A stretch of DNA of 62,699 nucleotides, taken from positions 1 through 62,699 of the forward strand of contig JBAXXB010000001.1 in assembly GCA_037128115.1 (NCBI GenBank), given 5' to 3'. Numbering within the stretch: the stretch's first letter is position 1; the number at the start of each line of letters is the position of its first letter. The DNA comes from Bacteroidota bacterium (GTDB lineage: Bacteria > Bacteroidota > Bacteroidia > Bacteroidales > UBA4417). The notes below the pieces were generated by a model. That model made no database searches and was not told the DNA's origin. It saw only the letters and a program-made list of their open reading frames with translations. Positions 27,024-35,786 of this stretch are shown one piece after another. The position numbers and the translations under genes were made by a program.

Positions 27024-27659
27024 TTATTTGCCCCTGATTTTATTTAGGGCATCGGTGCGGCTTTGCACCTGCAGTTTTTCATAAATATTACGGGCGTGCG
27101 AACGCACGGTTTCAATACCAATACCAAATTCAAATGCTATTTCCTTATACCTAAGGCCTTTGGCTAACGATTTTAGAATATCCTTTTCGCGGTGAGTAAG
27201 CAATTCCGAATCATCTATTGTATCTTTTTGCTGAAAGGATGAAATAACTTTTCGGGCAATCTGGCCACTCATAGGGGACCCGCCATGAAAAACTTCCATT
27301 ATTGAATCCAGGATTTTAGCCGGTGCTGTTTTCTTAAGTAAATAGCCACTGGCACCAGCTTTAAGCGATTCGAAAATAGATTCGTCATCCTCATAAACCG
27401 TGCTCATAATAAATTGGGTTTGACTGCATTGCACTTTCAGCTGGCGCACGACTTCGATACCATTTATGCCTGGCAGGTTAATATCCATTAATACAACATC
27501 AGGACTAATAGCTGGAATCTTATCCAATGCTTCTTCCCCGTCGGCGAATGTTTGGGCACACACAAAACCATCACTGCCATTAATCAGCATCTGCAAACCT
27601 TCACGTATCTCCCTGATGTCTTCAACAATTACTACTCTGATCATTTTACCGGAATTCAC
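27024..27659 (-). CDS. LuxR/NarL-family response regulator
   Basis: Receiver domain (VVIVEDIREIREGL...DVVLMDINLPGINGIE) plus LuxR HTH (LTHREKDILKSLAKGLRYKEIAFEFGIGIETVRSHARNIYEKLQV). Confidence 0.9.
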   Translation of the reverse strand: MNSGKMIRVVIVEDIREIREGLQMLINGSDGFVCAQTFADGEEALDKIPAISPDVVLMDINLPGINGIEVVRQLKVQCSQTQFIMSTVYEDDESIFESLKAGASGYLLKKTAPAKILDSIMEVFHGGSPMSGQIARKVISSFQQKDTIDDSELLTHREKDILKSLAKGLRYKEIAFEFGIGIETVRSHARNIYEKLQVQSRTDALNKIRGK

Positions 27660-27713
27660 TTTTTAGTACCCAAAGATAATCCATCTTCAACTTTTTGGTA
27701 TAACAAAAAAGGG

Positions 27714-30700
27714 TTAGACCGAAAGTCTAATCTTCGTGATCGTGCCTTTGTCCTGCAGTGAAGTGATGGAATACCACCCGCCTACCAGCTCAATCCTTTT
27801 CTGCATATTATTTAATCCGTTGGCAAACAGACGTACGCGTTTAACATCAAATCCCCGTCCATCGTCCTCAATACTCAGGAGTATTTCATCAGGCACCTCC
27901 CTGATGGTAACAATTATTTTTTTACACTCTGCATATTTAGCAATATTGTTAAAACTCTCTTTTACAGTCAGAAAAACATTGCGGCGCTGTTCTTCTCCTA
28001 AACGGATTAGGGAAAATTGTTCAGGATAATGAAACTCAAGTTGTATGGATAGCGGTTCAAAATATTTTAACCCATATTCCCGAATATATGATGATAAACT
28101 TTCGAGGGTATCATTCTGAGAATTAAGTAACCATATTATATCCTGCAGGTTATCAACCAGGTCTCTCGACGTTACCGCAATTTTATCCAGTATTTCCCTT
28201 GCTTTTTCAGGTTCTGACAATTGTTTCTTTACCACCTCACTCAGAATGGCGATAATGGTGAGACCGCTTCCTATATCATCATGCATATCATGGCTGATGC
28301 GGTTGCGCTCTTTTTCGACAGCTTGTATTTTTTCGAGTTCGTTTCTTTGTTTTTCAAGCCTCCTGGTGATATGGCTCCTTACAACAAATAACACAAGGCC
28401 GAGAAAAAACAGAACCAGCAATAACCGGAACCACCATCTTTGCCACCAGGGCACTTTAACAGTAATAGGTAAAGAATAAGGCTTAAGTGCCTCAATTCCA
28501 TCCGAATTAAATGCCTTGACTTTGAGTGTATAATGCCCCGGCGGCAGGTTAGCATACCTGATTAAAGTCTTACTGCTAACCGTTACCCAGGATTTATCGA
28601 ATCCCTCAAGTATATATGTAAGTGTGTTGGCTGCAGCATTGGCATAATGAATTACGGTAAACTGAAAGCCTAAAGTGTTTTGTTCGTACTCAACACTTAA
28701 TTGATCGATCTCTGATCGGTTAATTACCGGCTCGTAAGCGGTATCATTTATTTGCAATCCGGTAAGTATTAACTGAGGTGCATAGGAAGTGTTTTTGAAA
28801 TCTGCAGGATAAAACGAATTCAATCCATTGGTACCTCCAAAAAGTATCTCTCCCTTATCTGTTTTACAGAAGGAATATGTATTGTATTCATTGCTCTGCA
28901 AGCCATCCCCGTCCGAAAATGTTTTTACGGTTCTGGTCGCTGTAGTAAACCTGTTGATGCCTTTATTAGTGCTTAACCACAAATTATCCCCTTCAGGAAT
29001 AATACCATAAATGTATTGATTACTAAGTCCATCCCTGTCAGTATAAATTTGCTGAATCTGAAGCGTGTATTTATTGAAATTCACAAGTCCCAATGTACTG
29101 CCAATCCATAAACTGCTGTCAGTTGATTCGCTGAAACACTTAATGGTTGCCTCAAGCGGAACATCTTTTAACAGGATCAATGAATCACCGGCTAATCTGT
29201 ATACCGCGAATCCTTTATATGCACGTGAAATGTACACACGGCCCTGTTTATCAGTATAAGTAGTCAGGAACACATCCCTGGAACTGTTAATGCCTTTAGC
29301 ACGTTTGATCTGGTAGACAGCTTTCACTTTATTGATACTATACAAGCCGACATTGGTCGACGCAAGCAAAGAGCCATTTTGAAGACTGCTTATATAATTA
29401 TACTGATCGGCTGCTGCTCCCGATCCAGAGCTATTTACCGGTAGTTTTATTATTTTTTTTGTGTTGGGATCGATCAGGAACAGGCCTTCGAATGTCGAAG
29501 CCCAAACCTGTTCATTTTTGTCCACAAACAAATGTTCGATTGACCGTGGCAATCCGCTACGCAGGGACTGTTTAATGTTTTTATCAGCATCGAGGATTAA
29601 TATTCCGTCAGCCTGCGTGGCGCACCAGATTTCGTTATGTACCTGAACAACGGAACGCAGAAAATTGTCACTGCCTGCCTGTAATACGGCTTCTTTGGTT
29701 ACATGATGGTTGAAGCGGAAGCGGCTCAGGCTGGTATAATCCACTCCTTTACCCCAGACAGAAACCCATAAATCTCCTTTTTCGTCCGTAATGATGTATT
29801 GAATCTGGTTTCCTGAAAGAGCATAACTGTTGTAAACTGAATACTCATAATGATTTTTGATCATGCCTGACATAGTATCTATACGGAATAAACCCTGCTG
29901 AGATGTACCGGCCCAAAGAGTACCTTGCTGATCAAGGTGGAGTGTTGAGATATTCCCAATCTCCAAACCTGCAAAACGGTTTACATATTTTGTTGCATGC
30001 CCGCTCTTATAGAGGTATACTCCTTTGTTTGTACCCAGCCATAGATCATCTTTCCCGGCTGGCACAATTGCAGTGATGTTGCTGCACGGTAACACAAAAC
30101 AATTTGATTTCCATTCAATTGCGCTTATTGAGACCTTACCTTCCCATAATACCGGGCGATTGTTACTGATGGCAATGATTTCATTCAACGGCTGGTACAA
30201 CTTGCCGGTCATCGGTTTCACCAGTAGGCTCCCTGATGGGAAAAAATGATTAAAAAGTGTAAAGGTTTTATTTGCGGGGTTAAAAAGAATGATATCAGAA
30301 CTGGACTGAAGCCATATATTGTTCCTGTCATCGATATAAAAAGGAGAGTAAAACTGATCTTCACTGCTTCTGCCTTCGATCCTGAAATTCTGGAACTGGT
30401 CCAACCGGCGGTTGTAAAAATTCAGGCCCGAATTACTGCCTATCCAAAGATTTGAACTTATATCTTCGAGTATATTCAGGAAAAGGGTTCCTTTCAAACC
30501 CTCCGTTTCGTTAACGGCCGACCGAAAACTTACACAACTCATTCCATCGAACCGGTTGAGTCCGTCGAATGAACTGACCCAGACAAAACCCTTTGAATCC
30601 CTGTAAATACAATTGTTTACGCCCTGCGATAAACCATTATTTACAGTAAGATGATTGAAATAAAGTTGTTGTGCCACGGTAGTTTTGAAACAGCCGAAGA

Positions 30701-30734
30701 GAACAAACAAAACAAAAAACAAACGTTTCTTCAT
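27714..30734 (-). CDS. sensor histidine kinase with periplasmic two-component-regulator propeller/Y_Y_Y domains and a HisKA_3-type kinase core
   Basis: 1006 aa. Signal/TM, repeated propeller motifs (LWIGSNSGLNFY, LWLGTNKGVYLY, LWAGTSQQGLFRI), Y_Y_Y region (PPGHYTLKVKAFNSDG), a TM helix, H-box ERNRISHDMHDDIGS and an ATPase domain. Confidence 0.9.
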   Translation of the reverse strand: MKKRLFFVLFVLFGCFKTTVAQQLYFNHLTVNNGLSQGVNNCIYRDSKGFVWVSSFDGLNRFDGMSCVSFRSAVNETEGLKGTLFLNILEDISSNLWIGSNSGLNFYNRRLDQFQNFRIEGRSSEDQFYSPFYIDDRNNIWLQSSSDIILFNPANKTFTLFNHFFPSGSLLVKPMTGKLYQPLNEIIAISNNRPVLWEGKVSISAIEWKSNCFVLPCSNITAIVPAGKDDLWLGTNKGVYLYKSGHATKYVNRFAGLEIGNISTLHLDQQGTLWAGTSQQGLFRIDTMSGMIKNHYEYSVYNSYALSGNQIQYIITDEKGDLWVSVWGKGVDYTSLSRFRFNHHVTKEAVLQAGSDNFLRSVVQVHNEIWCATQADGILILDADKNIKQSLRSGLPRSIEHLFVDKNEQVWASTFEGLFLIDPNTKKIIKLPVNSSGSGAAADQYNYISSLQNGSLLASTNVGLYSINKVKAVYQIKRAKGINSSRDVFLTTYTDKQGRVYISRAYKGFAVYRLAGDSLILLKDVPLEATIKCFSESTDSSLWIGSTLGLVNFNKYTLQIQQIYTDRDGLSNQYIYGIIPEGDNLWLSTNKGINRFTTATRTVKTFSDGDGLQSNEYNTYSFCKTDKGEILFGGTNGLNSFYPADFKNTSYAPQLILTGLQINDTAYEPVINRSEIDQLSVEYEQNTLGFQFTVIHYANAAANTLTYILEGFDKSWVTVSSKTLIRYANLPPGHYTLKVKAFNSDGIEALKPYSLPITVKVPWWQRWWFRLLLVLFFLGLVLFVVRSHITRRLEKQRNELEKIQAVEKERNRISHDMHDDIGSGLTIIAILSEVVKKQLSEPEKAREILDKIAVTSRDLVDNLQDIIWLLNSQNDTLESLSSYIREYGLKYFEPLSIQLEFHYPEQFSLIRLGEEQRRNVFLTVKESFNNIAKYAECKKIIVTIREVPDEILLSIEDDGRGFDVKRVRLFANGLNNMQKRIELVGGWYSITSLQDKGTITKIRLSV

Positions 30735-31306
30735 TACTGTAAATATAGGTAACCTTTTTTATCGGATGGCAATTTTCCTTGTTTCATACACAATTTGCAA
30801 TGTTACAGGGCGAAGCTACTCTAGGAAATCCCGGTTCCTCCCAGGGTTGAAGAAACGCAAAACCAATTCGGGCTGTAAGATTTCCTTTTATAGAAGATCG
30901 AACCGAGACTGAGAATTGCATGAGAATGACCGGAGTGCTTTTACCACTGCCAGCTTACTCCATAAAAGCTCTTTGAAAACATCAGATGCACAAATTTACC
31001 TGCCAAATTCCATATTGCTTAACGCTGTCTTTCAGTATTTGCTCGTCGGAAGCAGGTTTTCCGCCAAAACCCTTAAATCACGGTTTGCTCAAAGAACAGC
31101 TTTTCACTGTCGATACTGTCTAAGTGTTCGTGCCTATTCTGATTGTCTGGGAGGATCTCAGGATTTCTTAACTTGAATGTGATAAAAACTTCCTGAATAT
31201 CTACGACAGCTATAGGTTTGATATTCTGCATTATATGAAACCGGCAAACACCATAAATAAAGCGAGCTGCAAGGAAAAACCTGCAGCCCGCATCACTAAT
31301 ATTATG

Positions 31307-31379
31307 AGCCACTAATGGGACTCGAACCCACGACCTGCTCATTACGAATGAGCTGCTCTACCAACTGAGCTAAAGTGGC
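31307..31379 (-). tRNA. tRNA-Thr (anticodon CGT)
   Basis: Hand-folded: GCCACTT-TA-GCTC-AGTTGGTA-GAGC-A-GCTCA-TTCGTAA-TGAGC-AGGTC-GTGGG-TTCGAGT-CCCAT-TAGTGGC-T. One T-T mismatch at the base of the acceptor stem. No encoded CCA. Confidence 0.85.
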
Positions 31380-31412
31380 AAAAAAGCCTGCCTGTTAACT
31401 GCAAGCAGGCTT
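31380..31412 (-). terminator. intrinsic-terminator-like hairpin plus U tract between the two tRNAs
   Basis: Minus strand AAGCCTGC-(13 nt)-GCAGGCTT followed by TTTT. The tRNA-Thr 5' end starts at the next base. Confidence 0.55.
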
Positions 31413-31420
31413 ATTCGATG

Positions 31421-31494
<74 letters not shown>

Positions 31495-31933
31495 AAAAAC
31501 TCAAAACTGGCAATAGATACCCAAAATCGAAACTTATTCAGAGTATCTAAACACCCGGCTTAAGCGGCACAAAAGTAAGGAAATATTGGTTATGCTGCGA
31601 TTGAAACCGAATTATTTTTATCCCGTTGTAAAGGCCTTCAAACTTCATAATAGAATCCATCCATCTCACGGGTATAGATCGCCAGATAATGATATCCTGC
31701 CGAATCGCATTATTCAATTTTCAGTGGAATTGAGTTCTAAAGGACCGTGCAAACATGCATATCCCCTGGTTACATCCATTGCAGTTTTACAGGGAGCCTG
31801 GTCTAAAGTCAGAAGCGAGGCTGAAAGCGTGTAAAACGCTGGCATCGCTGCACACAAATAAGAATGCAACAAAAAAAAATAAATAGGGCATATATTCTTA
31901 ACCTTATAATCGTATCTTTACCTATATATTTCA

Positions 31934-34900
31934 ATGCGGATGTTAAAGTTGACTATTTGCAATAAACAAGCGATTCAGAAAAAGATCCTTATAGCTTTAT
32001 TAATATTATTTGTCTTTTTTTATAGCGGTTCTGTTCTCTTTGGGCAATCCTGGCAATTTATCCGGTATGCCGAAGATGAGGGCCTGTCAAATACACTGGT
32101 CAAGGCGGTGACCACTGACAGGAACGGCTTTATTTGGGTAGCGACTGACGATGGCCTTTTTCGTTTCGATGGTCATAGTTTTTTACAGGTTCATGATGAA
32201 CTGCCAAGCCAATATGTTAAATCAGTTTTCTGCCGCAACAATGGCGACCTTATTGCTTCAACTGACCTTGGGCTTATACGAATAAATAGCAACCCGCAAT
32301 CGTGGGATGTTTCTGTCTTAAAAAAAGGGTCGGTAAAAGAAGTGGATTCCCTCCTGGCTTTCCCAAAAACAATATATGAAGATAGAAAAGGGATACTGTG
32401 GGTCAGCGATAATCATAAAATCTACACCCTTAAAAACAATTCCTTTAAAGCATATGCTCCCGGGGCAAAAGCTTCTACCAATAACTTCCAGCGGTCCTTC
32501 TCCTTTGCAGAAGACGGGTTTGGCAATTTGTACAGTTTTTCGGAACCCGGCTTCGTATACCGATATGATGCCCCGCTTGATCGGTTTGTAGAATTAATAC
32601 TTCCGCAGCATTTGTCTAATATTCAATGTGTTATCAGTATTGATTTTGAAACCATGTTGGTAGCCACTCATAATGGGTTGTTCGAAATTAAGACTAACAA
32701 ACAGGGGTTGTTCAAAAAAATGCGGCCCTTGAACTTAAAGGCGGAAGTGTCATTCATAATCAGTACCGAACCTGATCAGTTTCTGGCCGGTACCTGGGCT
32801 AACGGGCTGATCCGGATAAGCAGGACAGGGTCTGAGTACAACTTTACCGAAGTTGCAGGCTTCCCTGAGAAAAACGTCAACCATCTATGCTTAGCCGGGA
32901 ATGGGAAGGTATGGATTGGCTCTGATAATGGCCTTTTCCTAATGAAGCCCTTCCTCTTCGGGGCTCCGTTCCAGAAGTTTTCATCGACCTATATTCAAAG
33001 CATCAATCCGTTTCCGGATGGCCGGATCTGCTTTAGCGACGGCGAAAAAATCCTATCGGCTGATCCCTCTTCCACAGGTAGCGCTTCAATACTAAAAACG
33101 GTTAAAACAACGGTTTTACAGGCACTTCCGGTAGCAACCGGCATATGGTTTTCGGATGTAGATGCCCGAATCTGGTTTGAGGATTCTCATGGGGCTAATC
33201 TGCACACATACGATATGAAATCTTCGGGAGGTGCTGTATTTCACCTTATGGCCGATAAAGCCGGATGCATCTGGGCCTGCCAGGATGCGAATGCCTCTCT
33301 GATTCGCATAGGTCCTGACTTTGTATTAAAACAATACGGGAAACTCGAAGGTGTCACCTCACGCCCCCTTTCGACCACCTTAGATATCAAAGGCAAAGTT
33401 TATGCAGGCGGTATGGCAGATACTGCTTTTCTTTTCGGTTTCGATGCTGTGAACAACAGATTTAACAATCTAAGCAGGCCCCTGAAATTTGAGCGGAATA
33501 TCGATATTAATGTTAATGATATGGCTTTCAACAAGAAATCCGAACTTTGGCTTGGCACTTCATTTGGACTTCTGAAATACAAAAGCGGCATATTTGAGCG
33601 TATCAATAACGGGGATATGACCTCCGACGCGGTAAAAGCATTAGCCGTCGACAAAAACGATAATATTTGGTTCGGGAACAGCAGGGGTTTACACGAGTTA
33701 GTGATGGGTGAACTTCTGTCATTTGACGAAAGAGCTGGGATGTCTTCCAAATCAATTGATTATCGCTGTCTTTATTTTGATAACCAAAACAGGATATGGG
33801 CAGGTACTGTTAGTGGATTGATCGTATCAACGCCGGTTTTGCTTCCTGTTACAACCAGTACCCCGGTAATCCTAAGCCTTCTGCTTGATAACACCCGCGA
33901 GATAACGTATAAACCTTCCGGCACTCTGGTCAATACCAAATCCTTTGTAACGGTGAAGGTAGGTGTACCCGATTACCCGCTTAAGTACCTGAAAATAGAA
34001 ATGTTGCTGAAAGGCAGGGACTCCGTATGGATTCCCTTGAATAAAACGAATGAAATAATTCTTGCCAACCTTGTACCGGGGGAATACACATTGTTAATCC
34101 GGGCTAAACAATATGGCAATTTCCTGTATAGTAAACCCTTATCCTGGGAATTCAAAGTTGTTCGCAGTTGGTATTTCCAGTGGTGGATAATCCTGATCCT
34201 GGCTGTTTGCTTACTATTATTATTATGGACCGGGCTGAAATGGTACACCGGCAAATTGAAGAGGAATAACGAAAGCCTGGAACGGGCAATCAACGACAGA
34301 ACCCGCGAAATCAGGGCGCAGAAAGGGCAGATCGAAGCCCAGAATCTGAGCATTGTGATCAAGAATGATGAACTTGAAAAAGCCAACATTGAGCTTCAGT
34401 CAGCAAAAGGCAGGGCTGAGGAAGCCTCTGAAGCCAAAAGCAAATTCCTTTCGGTTATGACCCATGAACTGCGTACTCCCATGAATGCCGTGATTGGATA
34501 CTCCCATCTGCTTATTCAGAATAATCCCAGGCCCGACCAGTTGGATGACCTGAAAACACTTAGATTCTCAGCCGAAAACCTGCTGGCATTGATTAACAAT
34601 ATCCTTGATTTCAACAAGATAGAAGCCGACAAAATCAGTCTCGAACAAATCGATTTCAACCTTAAGAATATAATTGAAGAGATCATGTCGACCATGATGA
34701 TACGTGCGCGTCAAAAGGGCATTGATTTTCACTATCATTATGACGACCACCTTCCCTTGAACGTGATAGGCGACCCGCTCCGGCTGTCACAGATCATGAA
34801 CAACCTGCTCAGCAACGCTCTCAAATTCACTGAAAAAGGTTCTGTCAGCATCGAACTTAAATTGAATACGCGTAAAGGGAAAGATGTGCTGATCGACTTT

Positions 34901-35560
34901 TCGGTCGAGGATACCGGTATTGGGATGGATCACGACACCCTGGACTCCATTTTTGAAGCCTTTACACAAGCCAGTTCTGAAACTTCACGCAAATACGGGG
35001 GAACCGGGCTTGGGCTTGCAATAACCCGGAGACTCCTTGAATTATATGGCAGCACCATCCGGGTCGAAAGTGAACCCGGCAAGGGAACTTGCTTTTATTT
35101 TTCCATCAACTTTGCGGAAGGCGCTAATGCCCCTGATGACGCGTTGGCCAAAGAAGCGGCCTATGAATTTATCCATTTCGACAAACAGCGTATTTTGCTC
35201 GTCGAAGATAATAAAGTTAATAAAGTGATTGCGCGCAAGTTCCTGCTGGGGTGGAACCTGGAAGTCGAAACTGCCGATAACGGGCTTATAGCTATCGAAA
35301 AGATTAAACATCAAGTATTTGACCTCATCCTGATGGACCTGCAGATGCCCGAAATGGATGGCTACCAGGCAGCCACAGCTATCCGGCAGCTAGGAGTCGA
35401 TCCATATATCACCCTTCCGATTATTGCCCTGACGGCCTCATCCAAAGCCGATGTGTATGAGAACATCTTTCTGTCGGGAATGAATGATTTTATCTCAAAG
35501 CCTTTCAACCCTGTTGAACTTCACCTGAAAATCAGGAAGCACCTGAACAAATTATTATAA
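31934..35560 (+). CDS. hybrid sensor histidine kinase/response regulator with propeller/Y_Y_Y sensor region
   Basis: 1208 aa. Propeller repeats, Y_Y_Y (VPGEYTLLIRAKQYGN), a TM helix, coiled coil, H-box SVMTHELRTPMN, HATPase (GTGLGLAI) and a C-terminal receiver (DLILMDLQMPEMDG). Confidence 0.9.
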   Translation: MRMLKLTICNKQAIQKKILIALLILFVFFYSGSVLFGQSWQFIRYAEDEGLSNTLVKAVTTDRNGFIWVATDDGLFRFDGHSFLQVHDELPSQYVKSVFCRNNGDLIASTDLGLIRINSNPQSWDVSVLKKGSVKEVDSLLAFPKTIYEDRKGILWVSDNHKIYTLKNNSFKAYAPGAKASTNNFQRSFSFAEDGFGNLYSFSEPGFVYRYDAPLDRFVELILPQHLSNIQCVISIDFETMLVATHNGLFEIKTNKQGLFKKMRPLNLKAEVSFIISTEPDQFLAGTWANGLIRISRTGSEYNFTEVAGFPEKNVNHLCLAGNGKVWIGSDNGLFLMKPFLFGAPFQKFSSTYIQSINPFPDGRICFSDGEKILSADPSSTGSASILKTVKTTVLQALPVATGIWFSDVDARIWFEDSHGANLHTYDMKSSGGAVFHLMADKAGCIWACQDANASLIRIGPDFVLKQYGKLEGVTSRPLSTTLDIKGKVYAGGMADTAFLFGFDAVNNRFNNLSRPLKFERNIDINVNDMAFNKKSELWLGTSFGLLKYKSGIFERINNGDMTSDAVKALAVDKNDNIWFGNSRGLHELVMGELLSFDERAGMSSKSIDYRCLYFDNQNRIWAGTVSGLIVSTPVLLPVTTSTPVILSLLLDNTREITYKPSGTLVNTKSFVTVKVGVPDYPLKYLKIEMLLKGRDSVWIPLNKTNEIILANLVPGEYTLLIRAKQYGNFLYSKPLSWEFKVVRSWYFQWWIILILAVCLLLLLWTGLKWYTGKLKRNNESLERAINDRTREIRAQKGQIEAQNLSIVIKNDELEKANIELQSAKGRAEEASEAKSKFLSVMTHELRTPMNAVIGYSHLLIQNNPRPDQLDDLKTLRFSAENLLALINNILDFNKIEADKISLEQIDFNLKNIIEEIMSTMMIRARQKGIDFHYHYDDHLPLNVIGDPLRLSQIMNNLLSNALKFTEKGSVSIELKLNTRKGKDVLIDFSVEDTGIGMDHDTLDSIFEAFTQASSETSRKYGGTGLGLAITRRLLELYGSTIRVESEPGKGTCFYFSINFAEGANAPDDALAKEAAYEFIHFDKQRILLVEDNKVNKVIARKFLLGWNLEVETADNGLIAIEKIKHQVFDLILMDLQMPEMDGYQAATAIRQLGVDPYITLPIIALTASSKADVYENIFLSGMNDFISKPFNPVELHLKIRKHLNKLL

Positions 35561-35628
35561 TTTCTTTCCAGAGCCGGTCCGGCCGTCACCAACCGGGCTG
35601 AACCCGTTTTATCCTGTATGGGATATAT

Positions 35629-35656
35629 TCAAATTGATAATTATGTATCAATTTGA
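35629..35656. promoter_or_regulatory. perfect 11-bp inverted repeat TCAAATTGATA-N6-TATCAATTTGA upstream of the LruC-domain gene
   Basis: Read directly. The right arm ends 131 nt upstream of ATG 35787, in the 226-nt intergenic region. Confidence 0.35.
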
Positions 35657-35786
35657 GACATTGTCGTGATTTCTAATTAACCACAATTCTCTCATTATCA
35701 ATACCTTTATTTTTTGGCACGGCAATTGAAATTGGATATTATCCTAAGAACTTATTCTTTTTTACAACATTAACAGAACAAGCTAA

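Noticed and set aside
30893-30954. tRNA-like segment (T-arm GGTTCGATC and D-loop-like AGTGGTAAAAGC).
   Set aside because: It cannot be folded into a cloverleaf: there is no D-stem, anticodon arm or 3' acceptor strand. It is reported only as a possible relic in the findings, not as a tRNA gene.
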